A stretch of DNA of 63,823 nt, the filler included, from Octopus bimaculoides (lineage: Eukaryota): NCBI RefSeq assembly GCF_001194135.2. It is 12 parts of 11 records of this genome, joined end to end, with 100 filler letters (N's around TTAATTAATTAA, not from the genome) between each part and the next. Parts side by side here need not be neighbours in the genome. Positions count along the whole stretch, not along the records: positions 1 to 24,164 come from NC_068981.1; 11 more parts are not named here. One strand, given 5' to 3'. A model generated the notes under the pieces. It was not told the DNA's origin, searched no databases, and was given only the letters and a program-made list of their open reading frames with translations. Made by a program: the position numbers and the translations under genes. This document shows, piece after piece, positions 1-11,604 of the stretch. Within the stretch, counting starts at the first letter, position 1, and each line of letters opens with the position of its first letter.

Positions 1-11
1 GACAGACAGAC

Positions 12-58
<47 letters not shown>

Positions 59-152
59 TAGATAGATAGATAGATGGATAGATGGATAGATAGAAAGATA
101 GATAGACAGACAGACAGATAGATAGATAGATAGATAGATAGACAGACAAATG

Positions 153-208
<56 letters not shown>

Positions 209-278
209 CAAATAGGTTGATAGATAGATAGAGAGAAAGAGAAAGAAAGAAAGAAAGAAAGAAAGAACAAGAGAAAGA
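1..278. repeat. (GATA/GACA)n then (GAAA)n microsatellite
   Basis: Directly visible tetranucleotide arrays. Confidence 0.95.
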
Positions 279-1048
279 TTAGCAATAGAAACGAGCCCCT
301 AAGGTATGAATAAATAAGAGAACAACGAATAAGAAAGAACATGTAAGAAAGAGACGGAGGTGGAAGAGTGTGCGGTAGGAGGTGAAGATAAAATAAATGT
401 AATGTTGAAAAGTAAATTGACAAAATGAAACGGAGATTGTAAGTAAAGAAAGAAAGAGCTGAAGAACAAACAGAGGAGATAAAAAAAAACAAAAACAGGA
501 ATAAAAAATATATATATAAATGAAGAAATGATGGAAGTAGAAACGGAAAATATAGGCACAAACATATTGGAAAAGAAAATAGCAAAATCGGTAACGAAAG
601 AAGAAAATGAAGAAAGAAATACGATAAAAAACGTGAAAATCAATGAAAAGAACACGAAAAATATATTGGATCAGAATAAGAAAAAATACAAGTGAAGAAT
701 GAAAAAAAGAAATAATGGAAAATTCTGAGCAAAGAAACTGTGTAGCCGTTTTGTTGTGGAACATGACTGGTGATTAAGAATTTAGTCCTATGTTAATTTA
801 ATTAGCTAATTGATAGAAGAATAAAACATAGATATTGTCATCTTGGTCTGTAACAGAACTAACTAGCTTCTCGCCACGTGAATTCATTAAACACCATGAC
901 AACGAACTAAAAGATATTGGCAACAGTTGATTTCATTGTTTGAGTAATTAGTTTTGTTTCTCGTCTATGACAATTCTCTCTCTACAGACCTCAAGAATGG
1001 CAACGTTAACTAATAACATTTCTTGTCTGATCTCAGATCTCTCATTCA

Positions 1049-1050
<2 letters not shown>

Positions 1051-1110
<60 letters not shown>
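1051..1110. repeat. (CT)n microsatellite
   Basis: Directly visible. Confidence 0.95.
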
Positions 1111-1112
<2 letters not shown>

Positions 1113-1700
1113 CTCTTTTTCTCTCTTTTACATATGTCTCGTCTTATATTTATTTATTATTTTTTTTGTGATTGAAATTGTCCCGAACCTTTACGTCTGG
1201 CAATAAAACCGTACTTACATATGTAAATCATATGTAACTCTAACGATCTATCTAACGGGGATCACCAGCCTGTAGAAACAGTAGTCGAATACGCTTGGAA
1301 ATACACGACACCACCTTAAGAGAATGAAGGACATATTGGATATTGATCTTCTAGATAAGCTATATCTGAAAATAGGACAGAGTGGTCAGGACTGGAACTT
1401 GTTTGACCATACCTTTTCTCGATGAAGGCCAACTTAGCTTTAAACAACATCTACGCCAATAGCTTACGATCAACACACTTCAATCACACGGGTGTATTGA
1501 GCATATTTCATACTTTTAAAAGCAGAAAATACAAAAAAAAAGCTAATTTTGTTTGGAGAATGGAGCTGAGAGAAGGAAAGTGACATCGCGGTCGAGTTAT
1601 TTTAGACATTTTGCCAACACATGAATTGTTCATTTCGTAACGATACAATGTAATGGGAAGTGTCGACTTTCTGTATCACTTGACCATCTCATCGATAAAG

Positions 1701-1701
<1 letters not shown>

Positions 1702-1732
<31 letters not shown>

Positions 1733-1847
1733 TATATATATATGTATATATATGTATGTATATACATGTATATATACACATATATATATATAGATATGTA
1801 TATATATATATATATATTAATATATATATATATGTATATATATGTAT

Positions 1848-1885
<38 letters not shown>

Positions 1886-1945
1886 ATATAATATACATGT
1901 ATGTATGTATGTATGTATGTATATGTAGGTGCGTGTGTGTGTGTG
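1702..1945. repeat. Compound (TA)n/(TATG)n/(TG)n microsatellite
   Basis: Directly visible; explains the YI/VC-repeat ORFs. Many similar arrays occur across the window and are not all listed. Confidence 0.95.
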
Positions 1946-2799
1946 AGTGTACATATTTACGTATATATGTTTGCATGGATGTATTCAAGCGTGTAGGAGA
2001 GAAGTGTAGTGAGAAAGTGCAGATGAAAGTTAAGAGGGGGAGAGAAAGGGAGGGAGAGAAAGAGAGAGATAAAGGGAGAGAGAGGGAAGAGTACAGAGAA
2101 ATACCGGAAGAGGTGAACCAGGTAAATATAAAGTATTAATTAAGAAAACCTAATTAAGTATCTTTATACGTAGAGACAAAGAAGGAAAAAAAAACATTTG
2201 CAGAAAATATTTCGTTGAGCATATGATTGCTCACCTTAGACAAATGGAAAATATTCTTTAGTCGATTCTTTCGACTAAAACATTTTTTAGGGCGACCCCC
2301 CCCCCAGCATGGCCGCAGTAAAAGATGAAAAATATGATCCCCGCAAGTAAAAGATGGCCACAAGTAAAAAATGAAAAATATGATCTAGACACCCCGAAAT
2401 GCCAAGCAGATATTTTAAAGATAGTGAGACTATGCAGACTTTTTACAAAAGAGGATAGAATGAGTAAATAAGTTCTCTTCCAGTGTTCTATATTTAACGA
2501 ATATTTCAGCTTCCACGCTTCATTGCGTTAATCACCAGCAAAGTTTAAATGTTGTTCGTCTTCCTTGTTTGTTTTGTATTGAATCACTGTTTTCAGTAAC
2601 CTGTTGATGAAACGTTGATAAAAACGATTCTAAACACACACAGAACACACGGTTCATCTATATATTCTACCAATATACTTAGATGTGTTTCTGCGTGTAT
2701 TATAGATACGTTTCTTTCTATATACATACACAGACTCACAAATATATGTTCTTTTATTCTTTTATTCTTTTATTCTTTTACTTATTTCAGTCTCTGATT

Positions 2800-3110
2800 G
2801 AGGCCATTAGTCGAACTTAGACCCGATGAATTAATCTTAAGCCTACTATTTATTCAATTGGTCTTTTTTGCCGAACAGTTAAGTTACGGGGACATAAACA
2901 CACATCGGTTATCAAGTGATGACGGGGGACAAACAGTCACAATGACACGCGCGCGCGCGCACACACACACACATGTACGACAGGCTTCTTTCAGATTCCG
3001 TTTACGAAATTCACTCGCAAGGCTTTCGTCGGTCCGAGGGTATAGTAGAAGACACTTGCCCAAGTGAGACAGAACCTTGAACCATGTAATTGAGAAGGAA
3101 ACTTCTTACA
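2800..3110 (-). mobile_element. tRNA-derived SINE family A (CORE-like), decayed
   Basis: Reverse complement matches the full copy at 50620-51020 (gccgaacagttaagttacggggac, tatagtagaagacacttgcccaag). Octopus OK/OR1/OR2 SINEs are known, but the family name is not verified. Confidence 0.8.
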
Positions 3111-3253
3111 TACATATATATATATATATACATACATACATACATACATACGTACGTGCGTACGTATATGCATACATATATATGTTAAATAAAATGAGAC
3201 AACAACGCCAAGGCAGTGTAAAGTTTCTATGACATTTTATAAAGAGGATGTTT

Positions 3254-3301
3254 GTCTTACAGCTGTTTCAGGGATAAACAAGATATCCCCTCATCAGAGA
3301 C
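3254..3301 (-). ncRNA. Minimal type I hammerhead ribozyme
   Basis: Minus strand reads gtct-CTGATGA-ggggata(tcttgtt)tatccct-GAAA-cagctg-TA-agac. Stem I 4 bp, stem II 7 bp, palindromic stem III, GUA cleavage triplet. Confidence 0.85.
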
Positions 3302-3735
3302 GATACGAGAGAGTTAAACTGAAGGAAATAGTAGGGTTCAATATAAAAAGTTATTATGGAAAAGAAGAGATACAGGAAGTATAAAGGGAAATAAGAGAAT
3401 AAAAATAAATGTTGGATGTTTAAGTTGCGGTTCCATTATCCAAGAAATGTGCTGTGTTGAATGAATAGAAAGGTTTCTTGTCCATGGTATGTATATTCTG
3501 ATAGGAGTTCATATATTGTTTTTAGAAATGAACACTGTGTAGGATAGTGTCCATTTGTTTAAAATACAACGAGAGATATTCAGCAACAGTACTTTGGAGT
3601 AAAGATTGTTTGCCAACATAACATGGCAGTCCTGGTTTAGGACGAATGCTGCTGTAATTTAGCCCTAGGAGACATCGTCTCCAGCTGGCTACACGGCACG
3701 ATCTGTGCCCTTATATTTTGGAACAAGGGAATTAT

Positions 3736-3780
3736 TCTCTGCTGATGAAGGGAAATAACCCGGAAATCGCGATACACAGA
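3736..3780 (+). ncRNA. Minimal type I hammerhead ribozyme, slightly degenerate
   Basis: tctctg-CTGATGA-aggg(aaataa)cccg-GAAA-tcgcga-TA-cacaga. Palindromic stem III, one mismatch in stem I, A.G mismatch at the base of stem II. Confidence 0.65.
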
Positions 3781-4654
3781 TATTGTTTTGAGCTGAGTGA
3801 GGGTGCTAGATTCCCTTGTTCGAATATATAAGGGCACAGATCATGTCGTATAGCCAGCTGGAGACGATGTCTCCTGGGGCTAAATTACAGCAACATTCGT
3901 CCTAAACCAGGACTGCCATGTTATGTTGGCAAGCAATCTTTAATGCAACATATATCCTTATTTTCATTCTCTTATTTCTCTTTATAATTCCTGTATTTCT
4001 CCCTTTCCAAAATAACTTCTTATATTGAACTCGACTATTTCCCATTTTCTTTAACATATTCACGTTCACACACGACTCGCGTTAGACTCCTCACTCATAC
4101 AATTATCGAACCGGGAGTCTAACAGCGGTTCTTCCGTAGCACTTACATAGCCTTACCTGCCTTTTGGGTCTTCTGGATACCAAAATCTCTCATGCATACA
4201 TACATACATACATACATACATACATGCATACATACATACACACACACACACACATATAAATATATGAATATTGAGAACAGCGTGTATCGGAATTTAAATA
4301 TTGAAATATTTTGCGTCATTACAAAGCTCGCTGCGGGTTAGATAATTATGTAAACAAATCCATTATATACTACTGATGTGTGGAAAAATAGCGTTAGAGT
4401 CTCTTGACGGACCGTTTTATGGTTTGTTGCCCTCTTCTCAATGAAGACACTTATAGTTTCCTTACCCTATCTATAAAGGAGACGAGCTGCTTATAAAACA
4501 GTCGTCAATTAGGTTAGCTCCGTATTGAATAGCATAATTTACATGTTTGTTCGTGACGGCTCGTTAATACTTTGAGAAAATCTATTTCTGCACGAACACA
4601 GCGTAAATCAGAACTAAATTTTAATACTAAGAAACATCACTATACATATTTACA

Positions 4655-4694
<40 letters not shown>

Positions 4695-5323
4695 NNNNNN
4701 NNNNNNNNNNNNNNNNNNNNNNNNNNNNNNNNNNNNNNNNNNNNNNNNNNNNNNNNNNNNNNNNNNNNNNNNNNNNNNNNNNNNNNNNNNNNNNNNNNNN
4801 NNNNNNNNNNNNNNNNNNNNNNNNNNNNNNNNNNNNNNNNNNNNNNNNNNNNNNNNNNNNNNNNNNNNNNNNNNNNNNNNNNNNNNNNNNNNNNNNNATA
4901 TATATATATATATATACACTTATATAATACGCAAACCCCGGCCTACATATACATATGAATGTATATATGCATATATTTTCACGTGTGTAGATACCTGTGT
5001 GTATATATGTATCTGTGTGCTCGTGTGTATGTAGGAAGAATATGCTTTCCTGATATCAGTTTCTTCAATTTCTTTGCAGTATTGATAAATAAAAAGGAAA
5101 AATTCCAATTACCAAAATGAAGGCCGCAGAAGAAATAGTTTAAGCTCGGAGTTCAGCCATTAATTAGATTAAAAACCTTGCAGCAGAAACCAACAGCTCT
5201 AGGTAATCAAATATATATTTAAGTATATTACATTACTCTTATACATACACATATATACACTAATATATATACAGACACACACACACACATGCTCTTTCCT
5301 CTCTCTCTCTCTATCTCTCTATC

Positions 5324-5354
<31 letters not shown>

Positions 5355-5495
5355 TTCTCTTTCCTTCTATCAAATACACGCGTTCTCTCTTTCTCGCTCT
5401 GTCTTCATGTATGTGCTTAATATATCGACAATTACAGACAAACTATAAACAAATATTACAAACATACGCCACACACACACANNNNNNNNNNACGC

Positions 5496-5542
<47 letters not shown>

Positions 5543-5859
5543 ATATATACACATATATTGCAATCAGGTATTTATGTCTGTTTGTCAATCTGTCAGTCTA
5601 CATCTTTTCCATTTCTTTCTCAATCACCAACTTTTTATCTCTCTCTCTCTCTCTCTCTTTTTCGCTCTCTCTCTTTTTCTCTGTGTATACACACGCGCGC
5701 GCGCATAGACACACACATGCACGCACAGACATACATATACACGCATATGTATATTGTTATCGCTGTCTTTATAACTCGACCTTACTTTCTTACTCTTCCT
5801 CCGTGTTTTCAAAATATATACACAGTTCGATTACAGTCACCATCTGCAATGTGTGTGTA

Positions 5860-5909
<50 letters not shown>

Positions 5910-6068
5910 TGTATGCGTCTTTGCACGTATTTATGTGTATATATGTGTTATATATACATACACATACATATATATATGTGTACACACAGTATATATATAT
6001 ATATAGGTACGTATACATATAAAGCAATTACCATGACTGTTAAATGCTCATCTCTCTCTCCCTCTCTG

Positions 6069-6108
<40 letters not shown>

Positions 6109-6128
6109 CCTGTCTATTTTTATTGTTA

Positions 6129-6177
<49 letters not shown>

Positions 6178-6589
6178 GTGTCTTCCTCTCTACCCTTACT
6201 ATTACATCTTACTCTCTCTGTCTATCATTAATCTCTCTTCGTTATTCTCTCTCATACTTTCTCTGTCTGTTCAATACATAGAATATAACTAATTTGCTGA
6301 CACGTCTAGTTTAAATTTAATATAATAAAACTAATTAACTCACATGCTAATTGACGTCAATTGGCCTTGTCAGATGTTTATAGTTTCTTTTTTTAAGTTC
6401 TTGCTTTTTTTTTTACCCTTTTGACAATTTTCGAAACTTCTACCAGGTCAGAAAATCCAATAAAATAACGAACTACATTTAAATATGTGAATTGATTGAT
6501 ACGACGATTTAAAACAGCATACTTCATCTCTTACAGACAAACATAAAGAGATTCGAACTATTTATATACATTTATATTCCAGCATATTT

Positions 6590-6980
6590 GAAATTTGGTA
6601 CCAGGACGCTTCGTAGAATTATGGGTTGCCATTGGTCGAATTTTGTATCTAAATCCAGACATCGACTCAGAAACTGGGATGCGTCCTCTTACTTGTATGG
6701 CGCGGGAGCACCGGCTTAGACTGCTTAGCCATGTTGCTCGATGTTCCAAGTTATCGTGTTCTCTCTCCATTGAGGATCCGGCAGGGTTGACGGCTCGTAT
6801 TTGTTGACCACCTTACCACATGGTCAGAGTAGATGAGGAGTTACCTTATGGAGATGGAGACTGATTGGGACTCTGCTTGACAGGTAACATAAGAGGACCC
6901 GTGAGGAATATGCTGACAAACGGGGAATACAGCAATGTACTGCAATGCTACATCCCCCTTCACACACATGACCTAACCTC
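6590..6980 (+). mobile_element. RTE-clade LINE 3' fragment
   Basis: Frameshifted translation RTLRRIMGCHWSNFVS / ETGMRPLTCMAREHRLRLLSHVAR...IEDPAG is typical of the RTE ORF C-terminus; ends in an acctaacct tail. Confidence 0.7.
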
Positions 6981-7057
6981 ATATATAAACTAAATGAATC
7001 GCGTTTAGACAAAGACAAAGAAAATTGACTCTTGTTGAAATAAATGATACAAATATA

Positions 7058-7230
7058 CGAGGGGGCAAAGAAAAGTTCCAGGCTTTGGGTAAAAGAAAAT
7101 ATAGGAGGGTCAGATAATTATGCTTTTATCCAACTGACTCCCCTCTCAGCTTCACACATTAATTGCAGCGGCCCTTCAGTTTTTCTAGACCCTGTAAAAC
7201 GAACTCGGATGGCTGGGCTTCCCATTGGCT
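7058..7230 (-). mobile_element. Mariner terminal fragment (TIR end)
   Basis: TA followed by CGAGGGGGCAAAGAAAAGTTCC, a mariner-type TIR; truncated by the adjacent SINE. Confidence 0.55.
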
Positions 7231-7387
7231 TTTGTAGCCAGTTTCCGTCTCCTAAATTCACTCACACGGTTTTTGTCGTCCCGAGGCTATAGTAAAAGAC
7301 ACTTACCCAAGGTGCCACGCACCAGGACTGAATCTGGAACCATCTGGCTGGAAAGCAAGCTTCTTACCACACAGCCACGCTTGCGCT
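7228..7387 (-). mobile_element. SINE family A, 5' half
   Basis: Matches the head and core of the 50620-51020 copy (ttcttaccacacagccacgcttgcgc). Confidence 0.8.
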
Positions 7388-7389
7388 AA

Positions 7390-7590
7390 TAATTTTGGTA
7401 CAAGTCCATCAACTGTGAGGGGAGGAGTCACTTAATTACTTCGAATCCATACTTGATTCGTACTTTATCGACCCCAAACAGATGAAAAGCAATGCTGACT
7501 TCGGCCGGATTTGAACTAAAAACGTAAAGATTTGAAGGAAATGTCATCAAACATTTTGTCCAATGCTCTAACGAATCAACCAGTTTGTTG
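7390..7590 (-). mobile_element. SINE family B, decayed
   Basis: Reverse complement of gttcaaattccgccgaggtcgactttgcctttcatcctttcggggtcgataa, with substitutions. Confidence 0.65.
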
Positions 7591-7729
7591 CTTTTAAGTG
7601 AAATCTGCAGCTATTAATTAAACAAAAGCAGTAACTTCGAAGTATTAAGATATCAAAATAATTAAATAATTTATAACGAGTTACATGGAATTTGAATCCC
7701 AGATTCCCTTGCCGAGAACTTTATTCTAA

Positions 7730-7810
7730 TACGGCGGAATTTGAACTCGGAACGTAACGGCAGACGAAATGCCGCTAAGCATTTCGCCCGGCGTGCTAAC
7801 GTCTCTGCCG
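7730..7810 (-). mobile_element. SINE family B, 5' fragment
   Basis: cggcggaatttgaactcggaacgtaacggcagacgaaatgccgctaagcatttcgcccggcgtgctaacg matches the 15425 copy. Confidence 0.85.
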
Positions 7811-9049
7811 ATAATATATATATTGGATAATTGTCAAACTAGATGGTCGTAGATGGAGCTTCATAACCAGACAGCCATTTCTACTCTTATCATTACATCT
7901 ACTGAGAAACAGCAACAGCAACAGCGACAACAACAACAAGGAGGTGGGGGAGAATTAGCAAGAGAGCCTTTTATGAAGATAGGGTGCTTACTAGAAATAA
8001 CAGCACACCTGCCTTCTACACCCTTGAAGAAGGAAAGAGTATTGTAAAAAGTCTTTGNNNNNNNNNNNNNNNNNNNNNNNNNNNNNNNNNNNNNNNNNNN
8101 NNNNNNNNNNNNNNNNNNNNNNNNNNNNNNNNNNNNNNNNNNNNNNNNNNNNNNNNNNNNNNNNNNNNNNNNNNNNNNNNNNNNNNNNNNNNNNNNNNNN
8201 NNNNNNNNNNNNNNNNNNNNNNNNNNNNNNNNNNNNNNNNNNNNNNNNNNNNNNNNNNNNNNNNNNNNNNNNNNNNNNNNNNNNNNNNNNNNNNNNNNNN
8301 NNNNNNNNNNNNNNNNNNNNNNNNNNNNNNNNNNNNNNNNNNNNNNNNNNNNNNNNNNNNNNNNNNNNNNNNNNNNNNNNNNNNNNNNNNNNNNNNNNNN
8401 NNNNNNNNNNNNNNNNNNNNNNNNNNNNNNNNNNNNNNNNNNNNNNNNNNNNNNNNNNNNNNNNNNNNNNNNNNNNNNNNNNNNNNNNNNNNNNNNNNNN
8501 NNNNNNNNNNNNNNNNNNNNNNNNNNNNNNNNNNNNNNNNNNNNNNNNNNNNNNNNNNNNNNNNNNNNNNNNNNNNNNNNNNNNNNNNNNNNNNNNNNNN
8601 NNNNNNNNNNNNNNNNNNNNNNNNNNNNNNNNNNNNNNNNNNNNNNNNNNNNNNNNNNNNNNNNNNNNNNNNNNNNNNNNNNNNNNNNNNNNNNNNNNNN
8701 NNNNNNNNNNNNNNNNNNNNNNNNNNNNNNNNNNNNNNNNNNNNNNNNNNNNNNNNNNNNNNNNNNNNNNNNNNNNNNNNNNNNNNNNNNNNNNNNNNNN
8801 NNNNNNNNNNNNNNNNNNNNNNNNNNNNNNNNNNNNNNNNNNNNNNNNNNNNNNNNNNNNNNNNNNNNNNNNNNNNNNNNNNNNNNNNNNNNNNNNNNNN
8901 NNNNNNNNNNNNNNNNNNNNNNNNNNNNNNNNNNNNNNNNNNNNNNNNNNNNNNNNNNNNNNNNNNNNNNNNNNNNNNNNNNNNNNNNNNNNNNNNNNNN
9001 NNNNNNNNNNNNNNNNNNNNNNNNNNNNNNNNNNNNNNNNNNNNNNNNN

Positions 9050-9133
<84 letters not shown>

Positions 9134-9339
9134 CGGATGAAAAACAAAGCGAGTCGATTAAAAGGACGAAAGGTAGAGTTGACCTTTGGTGAATTTGAAC
9201 TCAGAGAGCCGGAAAGAATGCCGAAAGGCAATCTATCCGGCATTCTTACAACTATGTCAACCCCAGCGTACAAAAATGAACTTATGCACACTTATGTGTC
9301 CCGAAGACTAAAATTATATTAGAAAGACAGTGAACCATT

Positions 9340-9915
9340 GAAGCCCTAAGACATCACCAATGCGGTCAACAGCTGCCTCAAAATGTCATCCAGGTACCTC
9401 TTCCCTGTGCGATACGACGTTGTAGTTGAAACATTACATATAATGCGATTCGAGTAAAAGAATATCCTGGAATATATAGAGAGAATCGCCCTCTTAATAT
9501 TGAATAGATACAGAAACATCAACACAAAGAATATTGGTGGAAGATTCCCATCAAAACTTCTACTAAGTATAAACATTACGGGCTGGACATTGTTGTTTGG
9601 GACAGAGAAGAAAAAGTATGTACCGTTCTAGAATTCAGCTACCATGCGGATGTGAATATCTCTTCGAGAATTAAAGAGAAAGATCATAATTTTGGACAAT
9701 TGCTTCTAAAAGTTCAGCTTCTATAACCAGATTATAAATTCACATTTTTACCAAAATAATAGGTGTTCTTGGTTTTGTGAGTAAATGCCTAAGTGACAAT
9801 CTGCATAAGTTAGGGTTTTCGAAAAACGAAATCAACCAATGAACTCCCACATTCCAAAAACAATCCGTAAGTGGAACAGTAAAAATACGGAAGAAGTTTA
9901 TCAATTTCATAACTG
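9340..9915 (+). mobile_element. RLE (R4/Dong-like) LINE 3' fragment, decayed
   Basis: Translates to NSCLKMSSRYLFPVRYDVV and KTSTKYKHYGLDIVVWDREEKVCTVLEFSYHADVNI, homologous to ORF 23192-23779 (zinc knuckle, RHD and PD-(D/E)xK region). Confidence 0.8.
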
Positions 9916-9949
9916 GGCACTGCTTTATTTTTATCGAAATGCCAACGGT

Positions 9950-10190
9950 AAAGGTGCATAGCAAAGTGGTTAAGGCATTGCATTCACGACCGCTAGATCG
10001 TGGAACGATTCCTAGACCAGGCGGGATGTTGTGTCCTTCAGCAAAACGCTTCATTTCACGTTGCCCTGCAGGTGGGGGACGGACACAATCATTGAAAACC
10101 TTCCGGTTTTCTACATTCTAAGTTCAGATCGTATCTGGCTGGAGAAGGCAACGTGAAACCACTCCAGTATTTGTCTCAAGTCTATTCAGG
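9950..10190 (+). mobile_element. tRNA-derived SINE family D with BovB/RTE-like 3' motif
   Basis: tRNA-like head (ggtgcatagcaaagtggttaaggc, box-B-like ggaacgattcc); 3' ctggagaaggcaacgtgaaaccactccagtatt. Confidence 0.55.
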
Positions 10191-10849
10191 GTAAGCTCAA
10201 GCCGCAGTGATCTGATCAACGTCGGCAAGAGCCTCCCAGGTCGTATAGAGAGTGCTGGGGAAAGTTCACATGTACAGGACCTACCCAAGGGCATACCACC
10301 ACTAGATTCGACATTCCAGCGATGACGCTTCGTATCTTTATTGGAAACCAGCTCCTTCCTCAGAGGAAGACTTCAAAGAAAAGAACATCCATTCATCTAT
10401 CCATCCATCCATCCATCCATCCATCCATCCATCCATCCATCCATACATACATACATACATACATACATACGTACGTACATACGTATAGACACGTGTTTAT
10501 ATATATACAAATTTTTTATGTTGTGCATTAATTACATTGACAAACTTTCGATGTTGTTGTGTAGATTACATTTATATTTGACGGAAAGTGTATGTTGAAG
10601 TCTTTAGGCAACAGCTGCAGCGATTCAATGAATTAATGAATTAGGAATATTTAGCATTGTAAGTTTTGAAGTCATTGAAGGAAATTCGTTAATTTATCAA
10701 ACATTAACCGACATTTCCGGTTACGTCTGACTGCCATGTTGCTTTATTGTTATTTTTCGAACGTTCAGAAGTTTTATGGGTCGCTTTAGCAAGAACTGGG
10801 CTAATTCAGTAACTTTCCTCCTACGTCTTTTTTTCTCTTTCATTTATTA

Positions 10850-10950
10850 GATGCGCAGCCAAGTGGTTAGAGTGTTGCACTCACGATTGTAAGATCAAGG
10901 TTTCGAATCACAAATTGAGCAGTGAGTCGTATTATTGAGCAAAACATTTC
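10850..10950 (+). mobile_element. tRNA-derived SINE head (family D-like)
   Basis: gcgcagccaagtggttagagtg...gtttcgaatc, box A/B-like. Confidence 0.5.
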
Positions 10951-11604
10951 CTTTAAAGATGATCCGCTCAGTTTTAAATGCGTTCCAGCAATATCTGGGG
11001 AGTCAACACATCAGGGAGCCGGCGTTGTGTTTAGGTGAGAGTGTTGAACCCTTAGTCACTTACACCCACTTCCCAACTGGATTCAATTCCGGATTTATGA
11101 CTCTTGGGACTCGCGACAGATCTAAGTTTTATTCTCTACATTCTATTATTACTCTGGCGATATTGTTCGTAGCATTGTCAATATGTGTGACATTTCTCAG
11201 ATATGCAGGAAGTTATCGCTACTAAACACACGCATCTTCTCGACTGTATCCCACAAAATGGCCATCCAGTCGATCGGTAAGTGTATTAACATGCTAAAAC
11301 TACTGGTTCTCCTCTCTGTCTGCGATGGTGACATTTTCTCCCCTGGCAGCCATAAAATCGCTGCGATTAAGGTTCTGCTATGAGTTAGAAGTAAGGGCCA
11401 AGTAATTATCAGGTAAACTACTTGTCTGGTCCCCAAGAATAAATGTTGTTATTTACACTACTTGAACATGACACAGTAGATATATTATTCGAGCGAATCA
11501 ACTCTGCAATCGCAGTTCGATTCTTCGTTGAAATCTTTTCATTTAGTTTATTTTCTTGATAAAGACTAGAATATCAAACACAGTCTCTTATTACAATTTG
11601 GTAT

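Larger units (their letters stand above)
3185..4130. mobile_element. Penelope-like element remnant with inverted (palindromic) arms and hammerhead motifs
   Basis: 3601-3731 is the reverse complement of 3810-3941, and about 3318-3415 of 3955-4060. Minimal hammerheads with palindromic stem III, a hallmark of Penelope-like pLTRs. No RT or GIY-YIG ORF recognisable. Confidence 0.55.

Noticed and set aside
279-764. 161-aa and 118-aa F/I/L-rich minus-strand ORFs
   Set aside because: Antisense reading of an A/G-rich low-complexity tract; no domain features or splice signals
7861-9291. Very long ORFs (476, 402, 361 aa) and similar ones at 24.7-25.7, 28.2-29.2, 34.3-35.4, 43.7-44.7, 54.1-55.1 and 58.4-59.1 kb
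   Set aside because: They are open only because they run through N gaps and microsatellites
10330-10370. Minus-strand CTGAGGAagg motif (related sequences at about 20185 and 59255)
   Set aside because: No GAAA at a suitable distance and no stem I; at most a relic, so not reported as a ribozyme
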